A stretch of 64,000 nt of DNA, taken from the NCBI GenBank assembly GCA_033763905.1, contig JANRJP010000085.1, positions 14,276-78,275 of the forward strand, given 5' to 3'. Below, one piece after another: positions 12,325-23,900 of the stretch. Position 1 is the first letter of the stretch. Each line of letters begins with the position of its first letter. A program made the position numbers and the translations under genes. Origin of the DNA: Gemmatimonadaceae bacterium (GTDB taxonomy: Bacteria > Gemmatimonadota > Gemmatimonadetes > Gemmatimonadales > Gemmatimonadaceae). The notes beneath the pieces are model-generated. The model was not told the DNA's origin. It saw only the letters and a list, made by a program, of their open reading frames with translations, and did not search any database.

Positions 12325-13979
12325 TTGCTCGTCACGCCGCTCGCCTCCTCGTGGCCGCAGGGGCGGCCGTGTTCCACATCGGCGCGCCACTGGCCGCGCA
12401 GGCGCCCAGCCGCACGGGCGGTCCGCGCGTCGGCTTCGACGTGCTCCACTACGCATTCGCGGTAGAGGTCGGCACGCCCGCGCTCGGCGACACGGTGCGC
12501 GTAAGCACCGAGATCACCGTGCACCGACAGACCGACGCGACCTCGTTCGTCCTTGACCTCGCCGCGCCGATGGCGGTGCGTCGCGTGGCGCTGCGTGGTG
12601 CAGCGATCCCCTTCACCCATCAGCGTGGCCAGCTGACGCTGCAGTTGCCGCCCGGGCGCCGCGATACACTGCGCCTGACGGTGGACGCCGCCGGCATACC
12701 GACCGACGGGCTGATTGTGCAGCGCGACGCGAACGGCAGCTTCACCGCCTTCGCCGACCACTTCCCGAACCGTGCGCAGCAGTGGCTACCCACCGTCGAC
12801 CACCCCGCCGACAAGGCCACCGTGGCGTGGACCGTGCGCGCGCCCGCCACGCACCGGGTGATTGCGAACGGCGTGCGAACCGAAGAGTCCCGCGACGCGG
12901 CGAACCCGCAGATCGTCACCACCCGCTGGTCGGCGGCACGACCGCTGTACACGGGCGTGATGGTCATCGGCATCGCGCCCTTCTCGGTGGTGGAGCTGGG
13001 CACGGGTCTCTGCGGCATTGCCGAGTTCAGCGGCTGCATCGCGCAGTCGGTGTGGACGCTCCCCGGCCAGCGACGCCACCTACCCGGCCACTTCGCCCGG
13101 GCGAACGACATCGCGGCGTTCTTCACGCGCACGGCTGGACCGTTTCCCTACGAAGCCTTGGCACACGTGGCGTCGAGCACGCGCTACGGGGGGATGGAGA
13201 ATGCTGGGGCGATCTTCTACGCCTCGCGGCTGTTCGACACCGGGACGCCCAGTGAGCTGCTGGTCGCGCACGAAATGGCCCACCAGTGGTTCGGCGACGC
13301 CGTCACCACGCGGGAGTGGCCGCACGTGTGGCTGTCGGAGGGCTTTGCCACGTACTTCGCCGCGCTGTGGCTGGAGCGCGCGTACGGCGATACCGCGCTC
13401 CGCAGCGAGCTTGAGCGGATGCGTCGCGATGTGCTGCGGAGCGACGTGACCGACCGCCTGCCGATCGTCGACGAGTCGCTCGACGATCTGGGGCGCGTGC
13501 TCAACACCAACGTGTACGAGAAGGCGGGCTTCGTACTGCACCTGCTCCGGCGCGAGATCGGCGACTCGGCGTTTTTCGGTGCGGTGCGCGCGTATGTCGC
13601 CACGCATCGGCACGGCAACGCCCTGAGCAGCGACTTTCAGCGCGCCGTCGAGACCGCGGCGGGCAAGCCCTTGGACTGGTTTTTCACACAGTGGCTCACG
13701 CGACCGGGCCTGCCCTCGGTGACGGTGAAGGCCGAATGGGATGTCGTGGAGCGCAAGGTGGCGCTGCGCATTCAGCAGGATACCGCGCGGCCGCCGTTTC
13801 GCTTTCCGCTGACCGTCGATGTGACCGGCGTGGACGGGCGGGTGCAGCGCACCACGATCACCGTCCCCGCGGAGCCCACGGCCGTCGTGATGCTCCCGCT
13901 GTCGCTTCGGGCAGCGCCGCGGTCGGTGATCTACGACGCCGACGCTGGCGTCCTCGGTCGCGTCCGAGCGATTCCCTGA
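12321..13979 (+). CDS. M1 family aminopeptidase, secreted
   Basis: GGMEN exopeptidase motif; HEMAHQWFG...WLSEG zinc motif; signal peptide. Confidence 0.92.
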   Translation: MIARHAARLLVAAGAAVFHIGAPLAAQAPSRTGGPRVGFDVLHYAFAVEVGTPALGDTVRVSTEITVHRQTDATSFVLDLAAPMAVRRVALRGAAIPFTHQRGQLTLQLPPGRRDTLRLTVDAAGIPTDGLIVQRDANGSFTAFADHFPNRAQQWLPTVDHPADKATVAWTVRAPATHRVIANGVRTEESRDAANPQIVTTRWSAARPLYTGVMVIGIAPFSVVELGTGLCGIAEFSGCIAQSVWTLPGQRRHLPGHFARANDIAAFFTRTAGPFPYEALAHVASSTRYGGMENAGAIFYASRLFDTGTPSELLVAHEMAHQWFGDAVTTREWPHVWLSEGFATYFAALWLERAYGDTALRSELERMRRDVLRSDVTDRLPIVDESLDDLGRVLNTNVYEKAGFVLHLLRREIGDSAFFGAVRAYVATHRHGNALSSDFQRAVETAAGKPLDWFFTQWLTRPGLPSVTVKAEWDVVERKVALRIQQDTARPPFRFPLTVDVTGVDGRVQRTTITVPAEPTAVVMLPLSLRAAPRSVIYDADAGVLGRVRAIP

Positions 13980-13986
13980 CGCGTTC

Positions 13987-14022
13987 GGACCGGTGGCAGC
14001 AACGCGCTGGCGCCACCGGTCC
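13987..14022 (+). terminator. GC hairpin ending the hydrolase run
   Basis: GGACCGGTGGC-N14-GCCACCGGTCC, 11-bp stem, no U-tract. Confidence 0.5.
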
Positions 14023-14041
14023 CGCACGGTAGGTTGCACGG

Positions 14042-16144
14042 GTGGTCAACGCTCGGCACGCGATGCTCGTAGCGTCGGTGGCCTCTGTCCTGAGATTCGT
14101 CCCCGTGTCGCCCCATCCCCCTTCTCGACTGCTCACCGCGCCGTCGTGTCTTGCGCTGACGCTGTACGCAGCGTCGGTGGCAGCGCCGGGCTGGCTGCCG
14201 GCGCAGCGCCCGGACGCGGCGCGCGATTCGGCCCCTCGGCGCATCGAGGGGGTGAAGGTCACGTCGCGGCAGGCCCCCAAGGTCGTGGTGGGCTCGATGG
14301 CGGTGGATGTCTCGCCCGACTCGCTGCGGACCGCGCCCGGTGCCACGCTGGACCAAGCGCTGCGTACCGTGCCGTTCGTGGGCGTGCGCACCAACTCGCG
14401 CGGCGAGGTGGAGCTGTCGATTCGTGCCAGCGACTCGCGGACGCCGAGCGTGATGCTCGAAGGTGCGCCGCTCTCGGCCGGCTGGGATGGCCGCGCGGAT
14501 CCGTCGCTGGCGCCGCTGACGGCGGCGACGGGTCTTCGCGTGACGCGCGCCGCGCCGTCAGTGCTCCTCGGCCCGAACATCCTGGGTGGAGTGGTCGAGG
14601 TCTCGCTCGTCAATGACATCGACCGCCCGAATGCGCTCATTGCGGCCGGTGGCGATGCGACCGGCGGGGTGACCTCGCGCGCGCTTGGTGCGACGCGTCT
14701 TGCGCTTGGCTCGCACCGCCTGTCGCTCAGCGCCGGTGCCGGCCACCGGCAACGCGACTACCTGCCGACGGCCACCGCCTATCGCGACCCCGGCGCATCG
14801 TTCGACGGCGAACGCCTCAACAGTGCCCTGCGGCAGAGCGACGCCTTCGTCGGCGCTCAATATCGGGGAACCGGCGGCGCGTTCGTCGGCGTCACCGTGA
14901 GTGCCGTGCAGGGATCGCGCGATGTGATGCCGGAATCGCACATCGCGAACCCCCGCTATTGGCGACAGCCGGTGGCGAATCGCGCGATCGGCGTCGTGAG
15001 TGCGGGGACGGGGGCGCTGATGACCGGCGCCGGGGTGGCCTCACTGCAACTCCGCGCCGCGATCAATAACGGCCACACGTTCATACAGCAGTTCGGCAGC
15101 GCGCAGTACGCCACGGTCACCGGGAGCGAGCGCGGCATCGACCGCACCTCGTCCGTGCGTCTGCTCGGCGAGCACTCGCTCGGGAGCCGCGGCGACATCG
15201 GCATCGGCCTCTCGCTGGTGCAGGTGGACTATCGGGAGTCGCTCAACGCCGCGGCCGAGCAGCGCTATCAGCAGCAGCTCTGGAGCGCTGGCGTGGAGAC
15301 CGATTACGTCGTCAGCGACGCGTTGAATCTGTCGGCGTCGTTGGCGCTCGACGGGGTGTCGACGCCGCGCGCGGGGGACAAGCCGCTGCAGCCGGCCCTG
15401 CAGGACTGGGCCGCGCGCCTGGGCCTCACCCGGACCGTCGGGGCCGGTGTGCAGCTCAACGCGGCGCTCATCAATCGCTCGCGCTTTCCGTCGTTGCGGG
15501 AACTCTACTCCGGCGCGCTCAACCGGTTTCTGCCGAACCCGGACCTTCGACCGGAACGCGTGCTGGGCTCCGAGCTCGGACTGTCGGCCACGCACGGCAC
15601 GTGGCGGTGGCAGGCTGGCGCCTTTGTGCAGCGACTCGATGATGTCATCCAGCGCATCAATGTGCCGAACACCACGCTGCAGCAACGCGTCAACCGCGAT
15701 GCCCAGCGGGTGATTGGCACGGAGTTCCTGCTGGCGTATTCGGGCCATCGGCACAGCGTGCTCGGCGATCTGACGCTGCAGGACGCCCGGGTCCTCGACC
15801 CGACACAGCCAAGCGGTCGGCGACAGGCGGAGTACCAGCCGAAGGTGCGTGGCTCGCTCACCGCGGTGTCGCCGTTGGCCTTCGGCTGGCGAGGCACGGC
15901 GGCGACGGTGCTGACCGGATCGCAGTTCTGTCTCGCGACGGGGAACGCCTACCGCCGCCTGCCGACGACCGGACGCGCCGACCTGATGGCCGACCGCAGT
16001 GTGTTCCTCCGCGCCACGGGGCGCGTGTTGCGGGAACTGCGCCTCCTCGTCGCGCTCGACAACGTGACCGACGCGCTCACGTGGGACCAATGCGGGATTC
16101 CCGCGACGGGTCGGGTCGCGCGCATCGGGTTCGAACTGCGCTGA
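14042..16144 (+). CDS. TonB-dependent receptor (start uncertain)
   Basis: Plug-like ALRTVPFV..RTNSRGE...LLGPNILGGVV; RFPSLRELY...NPDLRPE; C-terminal DNVTD...GRVARIGFELR. Confidence 0.82.
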   Translation: MVNARHAMLVASVASVLRFVPVSPHPPSRLLTAPSCLALTLYAASVAAPGWLPAQRPDAARDSAPRRIEGVKVTSRQAPKVVVGSMAVDVSPDSLRTAPGATLDQALRTVPFVGVRTNSRGEVELSIRASDSRTPSVMLEGAPLSAGWDGRADPSLAPLTAATGLRVTRAAPSVLLGPNILGGVVEVSLVNDIDRPNALIAAGGDATGGVTSRALGATRLALGSHRLSLSAGAGHRQRDYLPTATAYRDPGASFDGERLNSALRQSDAFVGAQYRGTGGAFVGVTVSAVQGSRDVMPESHIANPRYWRQPVANRAIGVVSAGTGALMTGAGVASLQLRAAINNGHTFIQQFGSAQYATVTGSERGIDRTSSVRLLGEHSLGSRGDIGIGLSLVQVDYRESLNAAAEQRYQQQLWSAGVETDYVVSDALNLSASLALDGVSTPRAGDKPLQPALQDWAARLGLTRTVGAGVQLNAALINRSRFPSLRELYSGALNRFLPNPDLRPERVLGSELGLSATHGTWRWQAGAFVQRLDDVIQRINVPNTTLQQRVNRDAQRVIGTEFLLAYSGHRHSVLGDLTLQDARVLDPTQPSGRRQAEYQPKVRGSLTAVSPLAFGWRGTAATVLTGSQFCLATGNAYRRLPTTGRADLMADRSVFLRATGRVLRELRLLVALDNVTDALTWDQCGIPATGRVARIGFELR

Positions 16145-16168
16145 CGTCGGCGGGTGGCGCCACGCCCC

Positions 16169-19100
16169 TCAGGGCGTGACGCGACACCCCGCGGCCTTGT
16201 CGCACGACGGATCGATCGGCGGAAGCTTGAGGCGCAGCAGTTCGGCGTTCACGGCCGCCAGATCTCGCGCCCACACCCGCGCCAGCTCGTCGGTGTAGCC
16301 CCTGAGCTCGGTGCGCAGAATCCCGAAGATCTCCTCGAGATTGTTCGTCGGCCGTCCATCGCCGCGCTCCGCCATCGCGAGCAGCGTCGCGAGCCGGTTG
16401 TTGACCTTGATCGGGAAGTTGAGGGGATCCTGATTGCTGCGATTGCGGACCTGATAGATCTGCGCTTCCACCGCACTCGCCGCGGTGCGCAACGTCGTCC
16501 CTGCCGTCGCCAGCGCGGCGTCGTTCGCGGCGCGCCCGAGCCGATCGTCGAGCTGCGTCTTCACCCGCCGAATGTCGATCACGGCGCGGTTGGCGTCGTC
16601 GACTTGTTCGGCCACGCGACGACCGAAGGCGAACTGCGCGCGCAGGTCGGCGTCGGTCACGCCCGGCACCCAGGGGTGACGGGTGACCGTCATCGGCGCC
16701 GTCCGCCGCTGGCCATCCGCGGTCAGGACCACCGTGTACTGGCCCGGCGGCACCGCGGCGCCCTGCAGATTCCACGTGCCCCAGAGAATCATCCCCTCGA
16801 ATCCGCGCGGTGGATTCGATCGCAGGTCCCAGTACACCCGGTGCAATCCCGCCGTGGTCGGAATGCTGTCGATGCTGCGCACGCGCGCGCCCGCCGCGTC
16901 CAGGATCTCCAGCGTCGCCGTCTTCACCGAATCCTTGAACCACCAGCTGAGCGCGACGAGCGGCCCCGAGCGCACGCCGCGCGGCGGCGTGAAGAGATGG
17001 GCCGCCGAGCTCGCGACCGCCGGTGTGGCCTGCCGCAGCGGGGCGATGTCGTCGAGGACCCAGAAGCCGCGCCCGTGCGTGGCAATGACCAGCTCGTTGC
17101 CCTCCACGACGAGATCGGACACCGGCACGTCGGGCATATTGAGCAGGAGTGACTGCCAGTTCGCGCCGTCGTCGTACGACACATAGACGCCGTGCTGCGT
17201 CGCCGCGTACAGCAGCCCGGGTCGCGTGGGGTCCTCACGCACCGCGTGCACGTAGGCATCGCTGCGAATGCCCTGTACGATGCGCGTCCACGTGCGACCG
17301 AAGTCGCTAGTCTTGAAGATGTAGGGTGCGAAGTCCGCGAGCAGTGGGCGCCGCACCGAGACGTAGGCCGTCCCATCGGCGAAGGCCGACGCATCGATCT
17401 GCGACACCCGACCGAAGTCCGGCATTCCCGGGGGCGTCACGTTCGTCCAGGTCGTGCCGCCATCACGTGTGACGTGGACGAGTCCGTCATCCGAGCCCGC
17501 CCAGATGACGTTGACGTTCCGCTTGCCGGGTCCGACGGCGAAGATGGTCGCGTACACCTCGGGACCGTTCATATCACCCGTGATCGGGCCACCGCTGGGC
17601 CCCTGCGTCCGGGGATCGTGGCGGGTGAGATCACCGCTGATCGCCGTCCACGTCTGGCCCCCGTCACGCGTACGCCAGAGCCGCTGCGAGGACACATAGA
17701 GCGTCTTCGGATCCACCGGCGAGAAGATGATCGGATATGTCCACTGCCAGCGCTCGCGGATCTCGCGGGACGGCTCCCCGGAATAGAACCACGGATACGG
17801 GTTCACCTCGCGCGACAGCCCGGTGCGCTTGTCGAACTTGTCGAGGTATGCGCCGTTGTTCGTGCCGCTGTAGAAGATGTCCGGATTCAGCGGATCCGGC
17901 GCGATGTAGCCGGGCTCGCCACCGCCCGCGACGTAGGAGGCGGCCATTCCCCCCGCAGTGATGTCACCAGTGCTCGACGTTCCCTGCCGGCCTGCGCGAA
18001 TGCCGAACGCGCCGGCGTTCCAGTTGAACGGCACGCACAGCGTGCTGTTGTCCTGCTGTGATCCGCAGACGTGGTACGGCACGTGCTTGGTCGTGATCAC
18101 GTGGTAGAACTGTTCCGTCGGATAGTCTTCGGCCGTCCACGATGCGGCCGTGTTCATCGAGACCGCACCGCCCCCGTCGTTGGCGACCACGAGATGCGCG
18201 CTGTTGTCGGGATCGATCCAGAGGTCGTGGAAATCGCCGTGCGTGCCGTTATCGACGGCGGTCATCGTCTTGCCACCGTCGGTGGAGCGGAACATCGACG
18301 TGTTCTGCATATAGACCACGTCGGGCAGCTTCGGATCGGCGAAGAGATGCGTGTAGTAGAACGCCCGCTGGCGAATGCGCCGATCGTCATTGACCAAGGC
18401 CCAGGTGGCGCCGGCGTCGTCGCTCTTGAAGAGGCCGCCGGCGGCGTTCTCAACCAGCGCGTAGACACGGTTCGGGTTCGCGCCCGACACCGCCACGCCG
18501 ATCCGACCGATCAGCCCTGCAGGCATTCCGGGATTCCGCGTGAGCTCGGTCCACGTCTCGCCGCCATCGGTGCTCTTGAAGAGCCCGCTCCCCGGTCCGC
18601 CGGAGGACATCTGCCACTCCTTGCGGTACGCCTCCCAGAGCGCGGCGTACATCACGTTGGGGTTCGACCGGTCGAAGGTGATGTCGATCGCGCCGGTCGA
18701 GTCGTTGCGGAACAGCACCTTGCGCCAGGTGGTGCCGCCATCGGTGCTCTTGAACACACCGCGCTCGGCGTTCGGCACGCTGTACTTGCCGAAGGCGGCC
18801 ACGAAGACGATCGCGGGATTGGTCGGATGAATGCGGATCTTCGCGATGCCGTCGGATTCGCGCAGCCCGACGTGCTGCCACGTCTTGCCGGCATCGCGGC
18901 TGCGGTACACGCCGTCACCGGGCATGATGTTGCCTCGAATGGCCGTCTCGCCCATCCCGATGAAGACGAGATCGGGATTGGTCTCGCTGACCGCCACCGC
19001 GCCGACCGAGGCCGACGCGACGTGGCCGTCGGTGACTGGGGCCCAGGTCTCGCCGCCGTTGGTGGTCTTCCAGAGGCCGCCGCCGGTGGCCCCGAAGTAG

Positions 19101-19333
19101 GCCTCGTGGGGGCGGCCGCGGACGCCACTCGCGGCGATCGAACGGCCACCGCGATCAGGTCCGATGTTGCGCCAGCGGTAGGCGGATCGCCACACGGAAT
19201 CGAGCGTCGCGGGAGCCAGCGGCGCCGGCCGGGCCGCGGCGCGGCGACCCGCCGCCGCTTGAGCGCCGAGGACGGTGGGCGCCAGCAGCGCGACGAGGGC
19301 GCTCGTGGTGAGGATCCGGGACGTGATGGCCAT
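16169..19333 (-). CDS. VPS10/BNR (Asp-box) repeat glycosyl-hydrolase-like secreted protein
   Basis: WRNIGPDRGGRS and many S/T-x-D-G-G-x-T-W Asp boxes; signal peptide from ATG 19333. Confidence 0.88.
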   Translation of the reverse strand: MAITSRILTTSALVALLAPTVLGAQAAAGRRAAARPAPLAPATLDSVWRSAYRWRNIGPDRGGRSIAASGVRGRPHEAYFGATGGGLWKTTNGGETWAPVTDGHVASASVGAVAVSETNPDLVFIGMGETAIRGNIMPGDGVYRSRDAGKTWQHVGLRESDGIAKIRIHPTNPAIVFVAAFGKYSVPNAERGVFKSTDGGTTWRKVLFRNDSTGAIDITFDRSNPNVMYAALWEAYRKEWQMSSGGPGSGLFKSTDGGETWTELTRNPGMPAGLIGRIGVAVSGANPNRVYALVENAAGGLFKSDDAGATWALVNDDRRIRQRAFYYTHLFADPKLPDVVYMQNTSMFRSTDGGKTMTAVDNGTHGDFHDLWIDPDNSAHLVVANDGGGAVSMNTAASWTAEDYPTEQFYHVITTKHVPYHVCGSQQDNSTLCVPFNWNAGAFGIRAGRQGTSSTGDITAGGMAASYVAGGGEPGYIAPDPLNPDIFYSGTNNGAYLDKFDKRTGLSREVNPYPWFYSGEPSREIRERWQWTYPIIFSPVDPKTLYVSSQRLWRTRDGGQTWTAISGDLTRHDPRTQGPSGGPITGDMNGPEVYATIFAVGPGKRNVNVIWAGSDDGLVHVTRDGGTTWTNVTPPGMPDFGRVSQIDASAFADGTAYVSVRRPLLADFAPYIFKTSDFGRTWTRIVQGIRSDAYVHAVREDPTRPGLLYAATQHGVYVSYDDGANWQSLLLNMPDVPVSDLVVEGNELVIATHGRGFWVLDDIAPLRQATPAVASSAAHLFTPPRGVRSGPLVALSWWFKDSVKTATLEILDAAGARVRSIDSIPTTAGLHRVYWDLRSNPPRGFEGMILWGTWNLQGAAVPPGQYTVVLTADGQRRTAPMTVTRHPWVPGVTDADLRAQFAFGRRVAEQVDDANRAVIDIRRVKTQLDDRLGRAANDAALATAGTTLRTAASAVEAQIYQVRNRSNQDPLNFPIKVNNRLATLLAMAERGDGRPTNNLEEIFGILRTELRGYTDELARVWARDLAAVNAELLRLKLPPIDPSCDKAAGCRVTP

Positions 19334-19470
19334 CGGGGGGTTGGGAGCGGCAGGGTGAACGGCAGGGTGCCTCGACAACAGCCCTACGATGCGCCCCCGG
19401 GACGCGTTGAGCCAGCGCTGCGTCGCGGCTCGGGGCTCGCGTCTCGACCTCGGCGCCTCCAACTTGCAGG

Positions 19471-20217
19471 ATGGCGTGGTCGTCGTGGGGTCGCGCGGTC
19501 GTCATCGCGAGTGGGTGGGCGGTCGGCATCGGCTGCGGCGGCAGTCCGTCGGTCTTCCGCATCACACCGGTGCGGCCGGTGGAGGAACTGCGCGCCGAGG
19601 CACTGCGCGCGACGCCGCCGGTGGAATCCGGCGAACGGCGCCCGTCGGAGCTGGTCGACCTCCAGACGCTCGATTCCTCGATCCGCCTCGACATCCGCTA
19701 CGCGTCGACGCGCAACTTCCTCGGGACGCCGCTCTACACGCAGGCGCGCGCGGTCCTGCAGCGGCCGGCAGCTGAGGCCCTGGTGCGCGTCCACCGCGCG
19801 CTCGAGGCGCAAGGCTTCGGGCTGCTGGTGTTCGACGCGTACCGCCCGTGGTACATCACGAAGCTCTTCTGGGACGCCACGCCGCCCGAACAGCACGAGT
19901 TCGTGGCCGATCCGGCGACCGGCTCCCGACACAATCGTGGCTGCGCGGTGGATATCACGCTCTTCGTGCGATCCACCGGCCGCCCGGTCACGATGCCGAG
20001 CCTGTACGACGAGATGTCCTCGCGTGCCGCGGCGGACTATCCCGGCGGCACCGCGGACGCGCGACGTTTGCGGGACATTTTGCGCCGCGCGATGGAAGCC
20101 GAGGGCTTCAGCGTATACGCGCCGGAGTGGTGGCACTTCGACTTCCGCGATTGGCCGCAGTACGCGGTGCAGAATCTGCCCTTCGAGGCGATTCCTCGAA
20201 CCGGCGCCCGCCCGTGA
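19471..20217 (+). CDS. D-Ala-D-Ala dipeptidase (M15D, VanX/DdpX-like), likely exported
   Basis: FDAYRP, GSRHNRGCAVD (SxHxxGxAxD), EWWHF; hydrophobic N-terminus with possible lipobox GIGC. Confidence 0.9.
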   Translation: MAWSSWGRAVVIASGWAVGIGCGGSPSVFRITPVRPVEELRAEALRATPPVESGERRPSELVDLQTLDSSIRLDIRYASTRNFLGTPLYTQARAVLQRPAAEALVRVHRALEAQGFGLLVFDAYRPWYITKLFWDATPPEQHEFVADPATGSRHNRGCAVDITLFVRSTGRPVTMPSLYDEMSSRAAADYPGGTADARRLRDILRRAMEAEGFSVYAPEWWHFDFRDWPQYAVQNLPFEAIPRTGARP

Positions 20218-20900
20218 GCGACGACTTGGCGTCGGTGCAGCACGCGTCGTGGGACGTGAACGCCGACGCCTGGACGCGCGCGGTGCGCAGTGGCGCGATT
20301 GCCAGTCGGCGGCGCGGGACCGACGCCGCGATCGTAGCCGCGTGCGCCGTGCAGCCGGGCGAGCGAGTGCTCGACGTCGGCTGCGGCGAAGGCTGGCTGA
20401 CGCGGGCGCTGACCGCCGCTGGTGGCGATGTGCTGGGGGTTGATGGTGCGGCCGCCCTGGTCGATGCCGCCCGCGAGGCGGGCGGCGGGCGCTTCGAGGT
20501 CGCGTCGTACGCGACGCTGAGCGCCGCGACGACCGCGGCCCCCGGGCCCTTCGATTTGATCGTGTGCAACTTCGCGTTGCTCGACGCGGACCTGGGGCCG
20601 CTCCTCCGGGGGCTGCGAGCGCGGCTCGCCCCGTCGGGTCGACTGGTGATCCAGACGGTGCACCCGGTGGCCACCGCAGGCACGGAGGGCTATCGCGAGG
20701 GGTGGCGAGAGGAGATATTCGCCGCCTTCGGGGGCGAGTTCCGCGCCCCGATGCCTTGGTACTATCGCACGTTCGAAGGGTGGGTCGCCGCGCTCCGAAA
20801 GGCGGGGCTCACGATCTCGATGTTGCAGGAGCCCAGAGATGCGGACGGAAACGTCCTGTCACTCGTCTGGGTTTGCACCGCACCCCCCCGCCACGTCTGA
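20214..20900 (+). CDS. Class I SAM-dependent methyltransferase
   Basis: VLDVGCGEG motif I, GPFDLIVCNF; GTGA overlap with the dipeptidase. Confidence 0.88.
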   Translation: MSDDLASVQHASWDVNADAWTRAVRSGAIASRRRGTDAAIVAACAVQPGERVLDVGCGEGWLTRALTAAGGDVLGVDGAAALVDAAREAGGGRFEVASYATLSAATTAAPGPFDLIVCNFALLDADLGPLLRGLRARLAPSGRLVIQTVHPVATAGTEGYREGWREEIFAAFGGEFRAPMPWYYRTFEGWVAALRKAGLTISMLQEPRDADGNVLSLVWVCTAPPRHV

Positions 20901-20952
20901 CCGACCGGGATCCGAATGGCCCGTCGGCGGCGGCACTTCCCGGAGTACTGCA

Positions 20953-23900
20953 ATGTTCCTCCGCTGGCTACGCCGTGGCATCGTCCCGGTGGCCTTGCTC
21001 TGCCTCCCCACGTGGACGTCGGCGCAGACCGCGACCGGCACGATCCGCGGCCGAATCGCCGATGCGTCCACCGGCAGCGGTCTCGCTGACGCCCAAGTCC
21101 TGATTGCGGGCACCCGGATCGGGACGTCCACGAACGGCAGCGGCGACTACGTGCTCAATGGCGCGCCGCCCGGCGCACGGACGATTTCGGTCCGTCGCAT
21201 CGGCTACGCGCCGGCAAGCCGCACCGTGACGGTCACTGCCGGCCAGACGCTGACGGTCGATGTGGCGTTGCGCGCCAGCGGCGTCAACCTGTCGGAAGTC
21301 GTCGTCACCGGCACCGCGACGCCGACCGAGCGCCGCCGCATCGGCACGTCGGTCGCGTCCGTCGACTCCGGCTTGATCAGCAAGGCGCAGTCGGTCACGC
21401 TGGATCAGGCGCTGCAGGGCAAGGTCGCTGGCGCCCAGATCTCGCAGAACTCCGGTGGTCCGGGCGGCGGTGGCATCTCGGTCCGCCTGCGCGGCGTGAA
21501 CTCGTTCATTTCGGGATCGGATCCGCTCTACATCGTGGATGGCGTGATCGTCGACAACGGATCGGCGCAGCTCACCGACCTCGGCGGACGGTCGAATCCG
21601 CAGAACCGCCTCGCCGACCTCAATCCGGCCGACATCGAGCGCGTCGAGATCATCCGCGGCGCCGCCGCCGCGGCGCTGTACGGCTCGCGCGCGAACAACG
21701 GCGTGGTGCAGATCTTCACGCGGCGCGGGACCTCGGGCAAGGCGCGCTTCACGCTGACGACGCGGTACGGCATCAACGAACTGCGCGAACAGCAGCCGTT
21801 CAACTACTACCCGTTCGACGTCAACGGGGCCCCGATCGCCCGCTTCAACTACCAGAACGACATCTTCCAGCGCTCGCCGACCACCGAGCAGAACCTGTCG
21901 GTCGAGGGCGGCAACGATCAGACGCGCTTCTACTTGAGCGCGAACGTCCTCGCCGACGAGGGCATCATCAAGTCCACGTCCTCGCTGCGGCAGGGCGCGC
22001 GACTCAACGTGCAGCAGCAGATGCTCCCGACGCTGCTCGCGAACATCACCGCGAACTACATCACCACGCGCAACCAGCTGCAGGCGTTCGGCGAGCAGAA
22101 CGACTACGGCATTATGGGCTCGCTCTTCTTCGCGCCGACGAACGTGGACTTCCGTCCGACGAACGGCGTGTATCCGCTGCCGCCCGCGCTCGGCACCAAC
22201 CCGCTCCTCGCGATCGACCGCATCCGGAACCCGCAGACGATCAACCGCTTCATCGGGTCGACGAAGCTGACGTGGACGCCGCGCACGAACCTCACGTTCG
22301 ACTACACCATCGGCCTCGACCAGCAGAGCTTCGAGCAGCGGCAATTCGTCCCGCGCGGCTCGGTGCTGGGCACGGGCGCCCTGTCGACGGGTCGCGCGCA
22401 GTCGGTCTTCTCGGACACGCGCGTCGTCAACCAGGACGGCATCGCCAGCTGGATCACGCGGCCGAGCGCGAGCCTCGAGCTCCGCACGACGGCCGGCTTC
22501 AACTACACGCAGCAGAACATCAACACCACCAATGCGGTCGCGAACGGGCTCGCCCCGGTGGGTGAACTCGTCGGCGCCGGCTCGGTCTTTGCCGCCGGTC
22601 AGACGAACGTGGAGTTGCGCACCCTGGGCTTCTACGGCCAGCAGGAACTCGCCTGGCGCGATCGGCTGTTCCTGACCGCCGCGGTGCGCTACGACGCGTC
22701 GTCCACGTTCGCGCCCGACGAGCGCTGGCAGGCCTTCCCGAAGTTCTCGGCGTCCTACGTGCTGCGCGAGAATCAGTCGGGGCTGTTCAACAGCGTGCGC
22801 CTGCGCACCGCCCTCGGGTGGGCCGGCAGCCAGCCGAGCATCGTGAACGCCTACTCGCAGTTCATCGGCTTTGCCCAGCTGCCGTTCGCCAACCGGCCGG
22901 GCTTCGTCAACGACATCACGTTCGGCAATCCGTCGCTGCGCAATGAGCGCGCCCGCGAGTGGGAGGTCGGTGTCGACGCCGGCTTCCTCGACGGCAAGAT
23001 CGGCGTCGAGGCGCAGTACTACGACCGCCTCGTGTCCGACCTGCTCTTCTTCCGTCCGCTCCCGTCCAGCACCGGCTTCTCGCGTCAGTTTGCGCCCATC
23101 GGCACGATGTCCAACAAGGGCCTCGAACTGTTGCTGCGCACCGTGAACATCGACCGCAAGCGCTTCAAGTGGGAGAGCACGGTCACCTACACTCGCAACC
23201 GGAACAACGTCGAGAGCCTGTCGATCCAGGACTTCCAGTCGGCGGGCGGGTATCCGAACCGCATTCGCGCCGGCGAGCCCGCCGGCGTGTTCTACGGCTC
23301 GTACGCGGCGCGCAACTGCGTGACGGGTGCCCTGCTGCTGGATTCGCTGGGCCGCTATCGCCGCAGCAATCAGACGGCCGATATGGGCAACGCCGCTCAG
23401 CGCGTCGCCATCTCCGGCGGCACCTGCAATGACTCGCTCAATCGCGTGATTGGCGATCCGAATCCGTCGTGGATGGGGTCGTTGCTCAATGAATTCACCT
23501 TCGCCAACAAGCTGCGCTTCCGCGTGCTCCTCGATGGCGTCTTCGGCCAGGACGTGATGAACCTGTCGACGCGCGCCCAGAACGCCGGCATCGCGAGCAA
23601 CTCGAAGGAGTTCGAGCGCGAACTGCTGCCGTATGGCGACCCGCGCAAGCTGGCACCGGGCTTCAATGCCCGGACGCAAGGCATCTTCGAGTACTGGGTC
23701 GAGGACGGCAGCTTCGTGAAGCTGCGCGAAATCGCCGCGACCTACACCTTCGATCAGCCCTTCATTCGCCGCGTCTTCAAGGACGGCGTCGATGTGACGG
23801 TCTCGGGCCGCAACGTCTGGGTCTGGACCGGCTACTCCGGCTTCGACCCCGAGATCAACCTGTTCGGCACGAACGCGGGCGGCCTCGGCTCCGGCCAGAC

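Noticed and set aside
16169..19333. Repeated DNA words (e.g. CCATCGGTGCTCTTGAA twice) as a repeat array or CRISPR
   Set aside because: They encode Asp-box protein repeats, as the Kelch gene repeats do at 39665-40795. There is no regular repeat-spacer period and no cas gene.
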